Source: Balanoglossus misakiensis | Taxonomy: Eukaryota > Animalia > Hemichordata | DNA: 64,000 bases | Direction: 5' to 3' | Assembly (NCBI GenBank): GCA_040954595.2 | Contig: CM082585.2 | Coordinates: 3,564,902 to 3,628,901 of the forward strand | Shown here: piece after piece, positions 11,875 to 25,055 of the stretch | How positions within the stretch are numbered: position 1 is the first letter of the stretch | How the letters are laid out: every line of letters starts with the position of its first letter | The notes under the pieces: model-generated | Databases searched by the model: none | The model's input: only the letters and a program-made list of their open reading frames with translations | What the model was told of the DNA's origin: nothing | Position numbers and translations under genes: made by a program

Positions 11875-12670
11875 AGTTAGAAAGGGAACTCGCGGTGTCG
11901 TTCATTAAGCAGGCGTGGTATATAACGCATAGGGATAGGAGAAGGGCGGGCGGAAAGCGGTCGTGTGTCTGAGCTACACCGGCGAGACCTCGCACAAATC
12001 CCCGCCGAGTTAGAAAGGGAACTCGCGGTGTCGTTCATCAAGCAGGCGTGGTATATAACGCATAGGGATAGGAGAAGGGCGGGCGGAAAGCGGTCGTGTG
12101 TCTGAGCTTCTCCGGCGAGACCTCGCACAAATCCCAGACGAGTTAGAAAGGGAACTCGTGGTGTCGTTCATTATGCAGGCGTGGTATATAACGCATAGGG
12201 ATAGGAGAAGGGCGGGCGGAAAGCAGTCGTGTGTCTGAGCTACCCCGGCGAGACCTCGCACAAATCCCCGCCGAGTTAGAAAGGGAACTCGCGGTGTCGT
12301 TCATCAAGCAGGCCTGGTATATAACGCATAGGGATAGGAGAAGGGCGGGTGGAAAGCGGTCGTGTGTCTGAGCTTCTCCGGCGAGACCTCGCACAAATCC
12401 CAGACGAGTTAGAAAGGGAACTCGTGGTGTCGTTCATTAAGCAGGCGTGGTATATAACGCATAGGGATAGGAGAAGGGCGGGCGGAAAGCGGTCGTGTGT
12501 CTGAGCTACCCCGGCGAGACCTCGCACAAATCCCCGCCGAGTAAGAAAGGGAACTCGCGGTGTCGTTCATCAAGCAGGCGTGGTATATAACGCATTGGGA
12601 TAGGAGAAGGGCGGGCGGAAAGCGGTCGTGTGTCTGAGCTTCTCCGGCGAGACCTCGCACAAATCCCCGA
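11875..12670 (+). repeat. 2-mer higher-order repeat (266 bp)
   Basis: GAGCTAC-type monomers alternate with TTCATCAAG-type monomers, and CCCAGACG occurs near 12133 and 12399. The block recurs near 39.1-39.9 kb. Similar dimers lie near 9.0-9.5 kb. Confidence 0.85.
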
Positions 12671-15600
12671 CGAGTTAGAAAGGGAACTCGTGGTGTCGTT
12701 CATTAAACAGGCGTGGTATATAACGCATAGGGATAGGAGAAGGGCGGGCGGAAAGCGGTCGTGTGTCTGAGCTTCCCCGGCGAGACCTCGCACAAATCCC
12801 CGACGAGTTAGAAAGGGAACTCGCTGTGTCGTTCATTAAGCAGGCGTGGTATATAACGCATAGGGATAGGAGAATGGCGGAAAGCGGTCGTGTGTCTGAG
12901 CTTCCCCGGCGAGACCTCGCACAAATCCCCGACAAGTTAGAAAGGGAACTCGTGGTGTCGTTCATTAAACAGGCGTGGTATATAACGCATAGGGATAGGA
13001 GAAGGGCGGGCGGAAAGCGGTCGTGTGTCTGAGCTACCCCGGCGAGACCTCGCACAAATCACGCCGAGTTAGAAAGGGAACTCGTGGTGTCTTTCATTAA
13101 ACAGGCGTGGTATATAACGCATAGGGATAGGAGAAGGGCGGGCGGAAAGCGGTCGTGTGTCTGAGCTTCTCCGGCGAGACCTCGCACAAATCCCCGACGA
13201 GTTAGAAAGGGAACTCGTGGTGTCGTTCATTAAACAGGCGTGGTATATAACGCATAGGGATAGGAGAAGGGCGGGCGGAAAGCGGTCGTGTGTCTGAGCT
13301 TCCCCGGCGAGACCTCGCACAAATTCCCGACGAGTTAGAAAGGGAACTCGAGGTGTCGTTCATTAAGCAGGCGTGGTATATAACGCATATGGATAGGAGA
13401 ATGGCGGAAAGCGGTCGTGTGTCTGAGCTTCCCCGGCGAGACCTCGCACAAATCCCCGACAAGTTAGAAAGGGAACTCGCAGTGTCGTTCATTAAGCAGG
13501 CGTGGAATATAACGCATAGGGATAGGAGAAGGGCGGGCGGAAACGGTCGTGTGTCTGAGCTTCTCCGGCGAGACCTCGCACAAATCCCCGCCGAGTTAGA
13601 AAGGGAACTCGCGGTGTCGTTCATTAATCAGGCGTGGTATATAACGCATAGGGATAGGAGAAGGGCGGGCGGAAAGCGGTCGTGTGTCTGAGCTTCTCCG
13701 GCGAGACCTCGCACAAATCCCCGGCCAGTTAGAAAGGGAACTCGCAGTGTCGTTCATTAAGCAGGCGTGGTATATAACGCATAGGGATAGGAGAAGGGCG
13801 GGCGGAAAGCCGTCGTGTGTCTGAGCTTCTCCGGCGAGACCTCGCACAAATCCCCGGCGAGTTAGAAAGGGAACTCGCAGTGTCGTTCATTAAGCAGGCG
13901 TGGTATATAACGCATAGGGATAGGAGAAGGGCGGGCGGAAAGCGGTCGTGTGTCTGAGCTTCTCCGGCGAGACCTCGCACAAATCCCCGACGAGTTAGAA
14001 AGGGAACTCGTGGTGTCGTTCATTAAACAGGCGTGGTATATAACGCATAGCATATAGGGATAGGAGAAGGGCGGGCGGAAAGCGGTCGTGTGTCTGAGCT
14101 TCCCCGGCGAGACCTCGCACAAATCCCCGACGAGTTAGAAAGGGAACTCGCTGTGTCGTTCATTAAGCAGGCGTGGTATATAACGCATAGGGATAGGAGA
14201 ATGGCGGAAAGCGGTCGTGTGTCTGAGCTTCCCCGGCGAGACCTCGCACAAATCCCCGACAAGTTAGAAAGGGAACTCGTGGTGTCGTTCATTAAACAGG
14301 CGTGGTATATAACGCTTAGGGATAGGAGAAGGGCGGGCGGAAAGCGGTCGTGTGTCTGAGCTTCCCCGGCGAGACCACGCACAAATCCCCGCCGAGTTAG
14401 AAAGGGAAATCGTGGTGTCTTCATTAAGCAGGCGTGGTATATAACGCATAGGGATATGAGAAGGGCGGGCGGAAAGCGGTCGTGTGTCTGAGCTTCTCCG
14501 GCGAGACCTCGCACAAATCCCCGCCGAGTTAGAAAGGGAACTCGCGGTGTCGTTCATTAAGCAGGCGTGGTATATAACGCATAGGGATAGGAGAAGGGCG
14601 GGCGGAAAGCGGTCGTGTGTCTGACCTACCCCGGCGAGACCTCGCACAAATCCCCGCCGAGTTAGAAAGGGAACTCGCGGTGTCGTTCATCAAGCAGGCG
14701 TGGTATATAACGCATAGGGATAGGAGAAGGGCGGGCGGAAAGCGGTCGTGTGTCTGAGCTTCTCCGGCGAGACCTCGCACAAATCCCCGACGAGTTAGAA
14801 AGGGAACTCGCTGTGTCGTTCATTAAGCAGGCGTGGTATATAACGCATAGGGATAGGAGAATGGCGGAAAGCGGTCGTGTGTCTGAGCTTCCCCGGCGAG
14901 ACCTCGCACAAATCCCCGACAAGTTAGAAAGGGAACTCGTGGTGTCGTTCATTAAACAGGCGTGGTATATAACGCTTAGGGATAGGAGAAGGGCGGGCGG
15001 AAAGCGGTCGTGTGTCTGAGCTTCTCCGGCGAGACCTCGCACAAATCCCCGACGAGTTAGAAAGGGAACTCGTGGTGTCATTCATTAAACAGGCGTGGTA
15101 TATAACGCATAGGGATAGGAGAAGGGTGGGCGGAAAGCGGTCGTGTGTCTGAGCTACCCCGGCGAGACCTCGCACAAATCACGCCGAGTTAGAAAGGGAA
15201 CTCGTGGTGTCTTTCATTAAACAGGCGTGGTATATGACGCATAGGGATAGGAGAAGGGCGGGCGGAAAGCGGTCGTGTGTCTGAGCTTCTCCGGCGAGAC
15301 CTCGCACAAATCCCCGCCGAGTTAGAAAGGGAACTCGCGGTGTCGTTCATTAAGCAGGCGTGGTATATAACGCATAGGGATAGGAGAAGGGCGGGCGGAA
15401 AGCGGTCGTGTGTCTGAGCTTCTCCGGCGAGACCTCGCACAAATCCCCGGCGAGTTAGAAAGGGAACTCGCAGTGTCGTTCATTAAGCAGGCGTGGTATA
15501 TAACGCATAGGGATAGGAGAAGGGCGGGCGGAAAGCGGTCGTGTGTCTGAGCTTCTCCGGCGAGACCTCGCACAATTCCCCGACGAGATAGAAAGGGAAC

Positions 15601-18600
15601 TCGCGGTGTCGTTCATTAAGCAGGCGTGGTATATAACGCATAGGGATAGGAGAAGGGCGGGCGGAAAGCCGTCGTGTGTCTGAGCTTCTCCGGCGAGACC
15701 TCGCACAAATCCCCGCCGAGTTAGAAAGGGAACTCGCGGTGTCGTTCATTAAGCAGGCGTGGTATATAACGCATAGGGATAGGAGAAGGGCGGGCGGAAA
15801 GCGGTCGTGTGTCTGAGCTTCTCCGGCGAGACCTCGCACAAATCCCCGGCGAGTTAGAAAGGGAACTCGCAGTGTCGTTCATTAAGCAGGCGTGGTATAT
15901 AACGCATAGGGATAGGAGAAGGGCGGGCGGAAAGCGGTCGTGTGTCTGAGCTTCTCCGGCGAGACCTCGCACAATTCCCCGACGAGATAGAAAGGGAACT
16001 CGCGGTGTCGTTCATTAAGCAGGCGTGGTATATAACGCATAGGGATAGGAGAAGGGCGGGCGGAAAGCCGTCGTGTGTCTGAGCTTCTCCGGCGAGACCT
16101 CGCACAAATCCCCGCCGAGTTAGAAAGGGAACTCGCGGTGTCGTTCATTAAGCAGGCGTGGTATATAACGCATAGGGATAGGAGAAGGGCGGGCGGAGAG
16201 CGGTCGTGTGTCTGAGCTTCTCCGGCGAGACCTCGCACAAATCCCCGGCGAGTTAGAAAGGGAACTCGCAGTGTCGTTCATCAAGCAGGCGTGGTATATA
16301 AAGCATAGGGATAGGAGAAGGGCGGGCGGAAAGCGGTCGTGTGTCTGAGCTTCTCCGGCGAGACCTCGCACAAATCCCCGACGAGTTAGAAAGGGAACTC
16401 GTGGTGTCGTTCATTAAACAGGCGTAGTATATAACGCATAGGGATAGGAGAAGGGCGGGCGGAAAGCGGTCGTGTGTCTGAGCTTCTCCGGCGAGACCTC
16501 GCACAAATCCCCGGCGAGTTAGAAAGGGAACTCGCAGTGTCGTTCATTAAGCAGGCGTGGTATATAACGCATAGGGATAGGAGAAGGGCGGGCGGAAAGC
16601 GGTCGTGTGTCTGAGCTTCTCCGGCGAGACCTCGCACAAATCCCCGACGAGTTAGAAAGGGAACTCGTGGTGTCGTTCATTAAACAGGCGTGGTATATAA
16701 CGCATAGGGATAGGAGAAGGGCGGGCGGAAAGCGGTCGTGTGTCTGAGCTTCTCCGGCGAGACCTCGCACAAATCCCCGACGAGTTAGAAAGGGAACTCG
16801 TGGTGTCGTTCATTAAACAGGCGTGGTATATAACGCATAGGGATAGGAGAAGGGCGGGCGGAAAGCGGTCGTGTGTCTGAGCTTCTCCGACGAGACCTCG
16901 CACAAATCCCCGACGAGTTAGAAAGGGAACTCGTGGTGTCGTTCATTAAACAGGCGTGGTATATAACGCATAGGGATAGGAGAAGGGCGGGCGGAAAGCG
17001 GTCGTGTGTCTGAGCTACCCCGGCGAGACCTCGCACAAATCACGCCGAGTTAGAAAGGGAACTCGTGGTGTCGTTCATTAAACAGGCGTGGTATATAACG
17101 CATAGGGATAGGAAAAGGGCGGGCGGAAAGCGGTCGTGTGTCTGAGCTTCTCCGGCGAGACCTCGCACAAATCCCCGCCGAGTTAGAAAGGGAACTCGCG
17201 GTGTCGTTCATTAAGCAGGCGTGGTATATAACGCATAGGGATAGGAGAAGGGCGGGCGGAAAGCGGTCGTGTGTCTGAGCTTCTCCGGCGAGACCTCGCA
17301 CAAATCCCCGCCGAGTTAGAAAGGGAACTCGCGGTGTCGTTCATTAAGCAGGCGTGGTTTATAACGCATAGGGATAGGAGAAGGGCGGGCGGAAAGCGGT
17401 CGTGTGTCTGAGCTTCCCCGGCGAGACCTCGCACAAATCACCGCCGAGTTAGAAAGGGAACTCGAGGTGTCGTTCATTAAGCAGGCGTGGTATATAACGC
17501 ATAGGGATAGGAGAATGGCTGGCGGAAAGCGGTCGTGTGTCTGAGCTTCCCCGGCGAGACCTCGCACAAATCCCCGACGAGTTAGAAAGGGAACTCGCAG
17601 TGTCGTTCATTAAGCAGGCGTGGTATATAACGCATAGGGATAGGAGAAGGGCGGGCGGTAAGCGGTCGTGTGTCTGAGCTTCCCCGGCGAGACCTCGCAC
17701 AAATCCCCGACGAGTTAGAAAGGGAACTCGCAGTGTCGTTCATTAAGAAGGCGTGGTATATAACGCATAGGGATATGAGAAGGGCGGGCGGAAAGCTGTC
17801 GTGTGTCTGAGCTTCTCCGGCGAGACCTCGCACAAATCCCCGACGAGTTAGAAAGAGAACTCGCAGTGTCGTTCATTAAGCAGGCGTGGTATATAACGCA
17901 TAGGGATAGGAGAAGGGCGGGCGAAAAGCGGTCGTGTGTCTGAGCTTCTCCGGCGAGACCTCGCACAAATCCCCGCCGAGTTAGAAAGGGAACTCGCGGT
18001 GTCGTTCATTAAGCAGGCATGGTATTTAACGCATAGGGATATGAGAAGAGCGGGCGGAAAGCGGTCGTGTGTCTGAGCTTCCCCGGCGAGACCACGCACA
18101 AATCCCCGCCGAGTTAGAAAGGGAACTCTCAGTGTCGTTCATTAAGCGGGCGTGGTATATAACGCATAGGGATAGGAGAAGGGCAGGCGGAAAGCCGTCG
18201 TGTGTCTGAGCTTCTCCGGCGAGACCTCGCACAAATCCCCGACGAGTTAGAAAGAGAACTCGCAGTGTCGTTCATTAAGCAGGCGTGGTATATAACGCAT
18301 AGGGATAGGAGAAGGGCGGGCGAAAAGCGGTCGTGTGTCTGAGCTTCTCCGGCGAGACCTCGCACAAATCCCCGCCGAGTTAGAAAGGGAACTCGCGGTG
18401 TCGTTCATAAGCAGGCATGGTATATAACGCATAGGGATATGAGAAGAGCGGGCGGAAAGCCGTCGTGTGTCTGAGCTTCCCCGGCGAGACCACGCACAAA
18501 TCCCCGCCGAGTTAGTAAGGGAACTCGTGGTGTCTTCATTAAGCAGGCGTGGTATATAACGCATAGGGGTATGAGAAGAACGGGCGGATAGCCGTCGTGT

Positions 18601-21600
18601 GCCTGAGCTTCCCCGGCGAGACCACGCACAAATCCCCGCCGAGTTAGAAAGGGAACTCTCAGTGTCGTTCATTAAGCGGGCGTGGTATATAACGCATAGG
18701 GATAGGAGAAGGGCGGGCGGAAAGCGGTCGTGTGTCTGAGCTTCTCCGGCGAGACCTCGCACAAATCCCCGACGAGTTAGAAAGAGAACTCGCAGTGTCG
18801 TTCATTAAGCAGGCGTGGTATATAACGAATAGGGATAGGAGAAGGGCGGGCGAAAAGCGGTCGTGTGTCTGAGCTTCTCCGGCGAGACCTCGCACAAATC
18901 CCCGGCGAGTTAGAAAGGGAACTCGCGGTGTCGTTCATTAAACAGGCGTGGTATATAACGCATAGGGATAGGAGAAGGGCGGGCGGAAAGCGGTCGTGTG
19001 TCTGAGCTTCTCCGGCGAGACCTCGCACAAATCCCCGCCGAGTTAGAAAGGGAACTCGCGGTGTCGTTCATTAAGCAGGCGTGGTATATAACGCATAGGG
19101 ATAGGAGAAGGGCGGGCGGAAAGCGGTCGTGTGTCTGAGCTACCCCGGCGAGACCTCGCACAATTCCCCGACGAGATAGAAAGGGAACTCGCTGTGTCGT
19201 TCATTAAGCAGGCGTGGTATATAACGCATAGGGATAGGAGAAGGGCGGGCGGAAAGCCGTCGTGTGTCTGAGCTTCTCCGGCGAGACCTCGCACAAATCC
19301 CCGCCGAGTTAGAAAGGGAATTCGCGGTGTCGTTCATTAAGCAGGCGTGGTATATAACGCATAGGGATAGGAGAAGGGCGGGCGGAAAGCGGTCGTGTGT
19401 CTGAGCTTCTCCGGCGAGACCTCGCACAAATCCCCGGCGAGTTAGAAAGGGAACTCGCAGTGTCGTTCATTAAGCAGGCGTGGTATATAACGCATAGGGA
19501 TAGGAGAAGGGCGGGCGGAAAGCGGTCGTGTGTCTGAGCTTCTCCGGCGAGACCTCGCACAATTCCCCGACGAGATAGAAAGGGAACTCGCGGTGTCGTT
19601 CATTAAGCAGGCGTGGTATATAACGCATAGGGATAGGAGAAGGGCGGGCGGAAAGCCGTCGTGTGTCTGAGCTTCTCCGGCGAGACCTCGCACAAATCCC
19701 CGCCGAGTTAGAAAGGGAACTCGCGGTGTCGTTCATTAAGCAGGCGTGGTATATAACGCATAGGGATAGGAGAAGGGCGGGCGGAAAGCGGTCGTGTGTC
19801 TGAGCTTCTCCGGCGAGACCTCGCACAAATCCCCGGCGAGTTAGAAAGGGAACTCGCAGTGTCGTTCATTAAGCAGGCGTGGTATATAACGCATAGGGAT
19901 AGGAGAAGGGCGGGCGGAAAGCGGTCGTGTGTCTGAGCTTCTCCGGCGAGACCTCGCACAATTCCCCGACGAGATAGAAAGGGAACTCGCGGTGTCGTTC
20001 ATTAAGCAGGCGTGGTATATAACGCATAGGGATAGGAGAAGGGCGGGCGGAAAGCGGTCGTGTGTCTGAGCTTCTCCGGCGAGACCTCGCACAAATCCCC
20101 GCCGAGTTAGAAAGGGAACTCGCGGTGTCGTTCATTAAGCAGGCGTGGTATATAACGCATAGGGATAGGAGAAGGGCGGGCGGAGAGCGGTCGTGTGTCT
20201 GAGCTTCTCCGGCGAGACCTCGCACAAATCCCCGGCGAGTTAGAAAGGGAACTCGCAGTGTCGTTCATCAAGCAGGCGTGGTATATAACGCATAGGGATA
20301 GGAGAAGGGCGGGCGGAAAGCGGTCGTGTGTCTGAGCTTCTCCGGCGAGACCTCGCACAAATCCCTGACGAGTTAGAAAGGGAACTCGTGGTGTCGTTCA
20401 TTAAACAGGCGTGGTATATAACGCATAGGGATAGGAGAAGGGCGGGCGGAAAGCGGTCGTGTGTCTGAGCTTCTCCGGCGAGACCTCGCACAAATCCCCG
20501 GCGAGTTAGAAAGGGAACTCGCAGTGTCGTTCATTAAGCAGGCGTGGTATATAACGCATAGGGATAGGAGAAGGGCGGGCGGAAAGCGGTCGTGTGTCTG
20601 AGCTTCTCCGGCGAGACCTCGCACAAATCCCCGACGAGTTAGAAAGGGAACTCGTGGTGTCGTTCATTAAACAGGCGTGGTATATAACGCATAGGGATAG
20701 GAGAAGGGCGGGCGGAAAGCGGTCGTGTGTCTGAACTTCTCCGGCGAGACCTCGCACAAATCCCCGACGAGTTAGAAAGGGAACTCGTGGTGTCGTTCAT
20801 TAAACAGGCGTGGTATATAACGCATAGGGATAGGAGAAGGGCGGGCGGAAAGCGGTCGTGTGTCTGAGCTTCTCCGACGAGACCTCGCACAAATCCCCGA
20901 CGAGTTAGAAAGGGAACTCGTGGTGTCGTTCATTAAACAGGCGTGGTATATAACGCATAGGGATAGGAGAAGGGCGGGCGGAAAGCGGTCGTGTGTCTGA
21001 GCTACCCCGGCGAGACCTCGCACAAATCACGCCGAGTTAGAAAGGGAACTCGTGGTGTCGTTCATTAAACAGGCGTGGTATATAACGCATAGGGATAGGA
21101 AAAGGGCGGGCGGAAAGCGGTCGTGTGTCTGAGCTTCTCCGGCGAGACCTCGCACAAATACCCGCCGAGTTAGAAAGGGAACTCGCGGTGTCGTTCATTA
21201 AGCAGGCGTGGTATATAACGCATAGGGATAGGAGAAGGGCGGGCGGAAAGCGGTCGTGTGTCTGAGCTACCCCGGCGAGACCTCGCACAAATCCCCGCCG
21301 AGTTAGAAAGGGAACTCGCGGTGTCGTTCATCAAGCAGGCGTGGTATATAACGCATAGGGATAGGAGAAGGGCGGGCGGAAAGCGGTCGTGTGTCTGAGC
21401 TTCTCCGGCGAGACCTCGCACAAATCCCCGACGAGTTAGAAAGGGAACTCGTGGTGTCGTTCATTAAACAGGCGTGGTATATAACGCATAGCATATAGGG
21501 ATAGGAGAAGGGCGGGCGGAAAGCGGTCGTGTGTCTGAGCTTCCCCGGCGAGACCTCGCACAAATCCCCGACGAGTTAGAAAGGGAACTCGCTGTGTCGT

Positions 21601-24600
21601 TCATTAAGCAGGCGTGGTATATAACGCATAGGGATAGGAGAATGGCGGAAAGCGGTCGTGTGTCTGAGCTTCCCCGGCGAGACCTCGCACAAATCCCCGA
21701 CAAGTTAGAAAGGGAACTCGTGGTGTCGTTCATTAAACAGGCGTGGTATATAACGCTTAGGGATAGGAGAAGGGCGGGCGGAAAGTGGTCGTGTGTCTGA
21801 GCTTCCCCGGCGAGACCACGCACAAATCCCCGCCGAGTTAGAAAGGGAACTCGTGGTGTCTTCATTAAGCAGGCGTGGTATATAACGCATAGGGATATGA
21901 GAAGAGCGGGCGGATAGCCGTCGTGTGCCTGAGCTTCCCCGGCGAGACCACGCACAAATCCCCGCCGAGTTAGAAAGGGAACTCTCAGTGTCGTTCATTA
22001 AGCGGGCGTGGTATATAACGCATAGGGATAGGAGAAGGGCGGGCGGAAAGCGGTCGTGTGTCTGAGCTTCTCCGGCGAGACCTCGCACAAATCCCCGACG
22101 AGATAGAAAGGGAACTCGCGGTGTCGTTCATTAAGCAGGCGTGGTATATAACGCATAGGGATAGGAGAAGGGCGGGCGGAAAGCCGTCGTGTTTCTGAGC
22201 TTCTCCGGCGAGACCTCGCACAAATCCCCACCGAGTTAGAAAGGGAATTCGCGGTGTCGTTCATTAAGCAGGCGTGGTATATAACGCATAGGGATAGGAG
22301 AAGGGCGGGCGGAAAGCGGTCGTGTGTCTGAGCTTCTCCGGCGAGACCTCGCACAAATCCCCGGCGAGTTAGAAAGGGAACTCGCAGTGTCGTTCATTAA
22401 GCAGGCGTGGTATATAACGCATAGGGATAGGAGAAGGGCGGGCGGAAAGCGGTCGTGTGTCTGAGCTTCTCCGGCGAGACCTCGCACAATTCCCCGACGA
22501 GATAGAAAGGGAACTCGCGGTGTCGTTCATTAAGCAGGCGTGGTATATAACGCATAGGGATAGGAGAAGGGCGGGCGGAAAGCCGTCGTGTGTCTGAGCT
22601 TCTCCGGCGAGACCTCGCACAAATCCCCGCCGAGTTAGAAAGGGAACTCGCGGTGTCGTTCATTAAGCAGGCGTGGTATATAACGCATAGCGATAGGAGA
22701 AGGGCGGGCGGAAAGCGGTCGTGTGTCTGAGCTTCTCCGGCGAGACCTCGCACAAATCCCCGGCGAGTTAGAAAGGGAACTCGCAGTGTCGTTCATTAAG
22801 CAGGCGTGGTATATAACGCATAGGGATAGGAGAAGGGCGGGCGGAAAGCGGTCGTGTGTCTGAGCTTCTCCGGCGAGACCTCGCACAATTCCCCGACGAG
22901 ATAGAAAGGGAACTCGCGGTGTCGTTCATTAAGCAGGCGTGGTATATAACGCATAGGGATAGGAGAAGGGCGGGCGGAAAGCCGTCGTGTGTCTGAGCTT
23001 CTCCTGCGAGACCTCGCACAAATCCCCGCCGAGTTAGAAAGGGAACTCGCGGTGTCGTTCATTAAGCAGGCGTGGTATATAACGCATTGGGATAGGAGAA
23101 GGGCGGGCGGAGAGCGGTCGTGTGTCTGAGCTTCTCCGGCGAGACCTCGCACAAATCCCCGGCGAGTTAGAAAGGGAACTCGCAGTGTCGTTCATCAAGC
23201 AGGCGTGGTATATAACGCATAGGGATAGGAGAAGGGCGGGCGGAAAGCGGTCGTGTGTCTGAGCTTCTCCGGCGAGACCTCGCACAAATCCCCGACGAGT
23301 TAGAAAGGGAACTCGTGGTGTCGTTCATTAAACAGGCGTGGTATATAACGCATAGGGATAGGAGAAGGGCGGGCGGAAAGCGGTCGTGTGTCTGAGCTTC
23401 TCCGGCGAGACCTCGCACAAATCCCCGGCGAGTTAGAAAGGGAACTCGCAGTGTCGTTCATTAAGCAGGCGTGGTATATAACGCATAGGGATAGGAGAAG
23501 GGCGGGCGGAAAGCGGTCGTGTGTCTGAGCTTCTCCGGCGAGACCTCGCACAAATCCCCGACGAGTTAGAAAGGGAACTCGTGGTGTCGTTCATTAAACA
23601 GGCGTGGTATATAACGCATAGGGATAGGAGAAGGGCGGGCGGAAAGCGGTCGTGTGTCTGAGCTTCTCCGGCGAGACCTCGCACAAATCCCCGACGAGTT
23701 AGAAAGGGAACTCGTGGTGTCGTTCATTAAACAGGCGTGGTATATAACGCATAGGGATAGGAGAAGGCCGGGCGGAAAGCGGTCGTGTGTCTGAGCTTCC
23801 CCGGCGAGACCTCGCACAAATCCCCGACGAGTTAGAAAGGGAACTCGTGGTGTCGTTCATTAAACAGGCGTGGTATATAACGCATAGGGATAGGAGAAGG
23901 GCGGGCGGAAAGCGGTCGTGTGTCTGAGCTACCCCGGCGAGACCTCGCACAAATCACGCCGAGTTAGAAAGGGAACTCGTGGTGTCGTTCATTAAACAGG
24001 CGTGGTATATAACGCATAGGGATAGGAGAAGGGCGGGCGGATAGCCGTCGTGTGCCTGAGCTTCCCCGGCGAGACCACGCACAAATCCCCGCCGAGTTAG
24101 AAAGGGAACTCTCAGTGTCGTTCATTAAGCGGGCGTGGTATATAACGCATAGGGATAGGAGAAGGGCGGGCGGAAAGTGGTCGTGTGTCTGAGCTTCTCC
24201 GGCGAGACCTCGCACAAATCCCCGACGAGTTAGAAAGAGAACTCGCAGTGTCGTTCATTAAGCAGGCGTGGTATATAACGAATAGGGATAGGAGAAGGGC
24301 GGGCGAAAAGCGGTCGTGTGTCTGAGCTTCTCCGGCGAGACCTCGCACAAATCCCCGGCGAGTTAGAAAGGGAACTCGCGGTGTCGTTCATTAAACAGGC
24401 GTGGTATATAACGCATAGCATATAGGGATAGGAGAAGGGCGGGCGGAAAGCGGTCGTGTGTCTGAGCTTCCCCGGCGAGACCTCGCACAAATCCCCGACG
24501 AGTTAGAAAGGGAACTCGCTGTGTCGTTCATTAAGCAGGCGTGGTATATAACGCATAGGGATAGGAGAATGGCGGAAAGCGGTCGTGTGTCTGAGCTTCC

Positions 24601-24621
24601 CCGGCGAGACCTCGCACAAAT

Positions 24622-25055
24622 GAACGACACCGCGAGTTCCCTTTCTAACTCGGCGGGGATTTGTGCGAGGTCTCGCCGGAGAAGCTCAGACACACGACCG
24701 CTTTCCGCCCGCCCTTCTCCTATCCCTATGCGTTATATACCACGCCTGTTTAATGAAAGACACCACGAGTTCCCTTTCTAACTCGGCGTGATTTGTGCGA
24801 GGTCTCGCCGGGGTAGCTCAGACACACGACCGCTTTCCGCCCGCCCTTCTCCTATCCCTATGCGTTATATACCACGCCTGTTTAATGAACGACACCACGA
24901 GTTCCCTTTCTAACTCGTCGGGGATTTGTGCGAGGTCTCGCCGGAGAAGCTCAGACACACGACCGCTTTCCGCCCGCCCTTCTCCTATCCCTAAGCGTTA
25001 TATACCACGCCTGTTTAATGAACGACACCACGAGTTCCCTTTCTAACTTGTCGGG
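24622..25055 (-). repeat. Inverted satellite segment, copy 2
   Basis: Same junctions (ACAAAT|GAACGAC and TTGTCGGG|CATTAAG) and same internal variants as copy 1. Confidence 0.98.
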
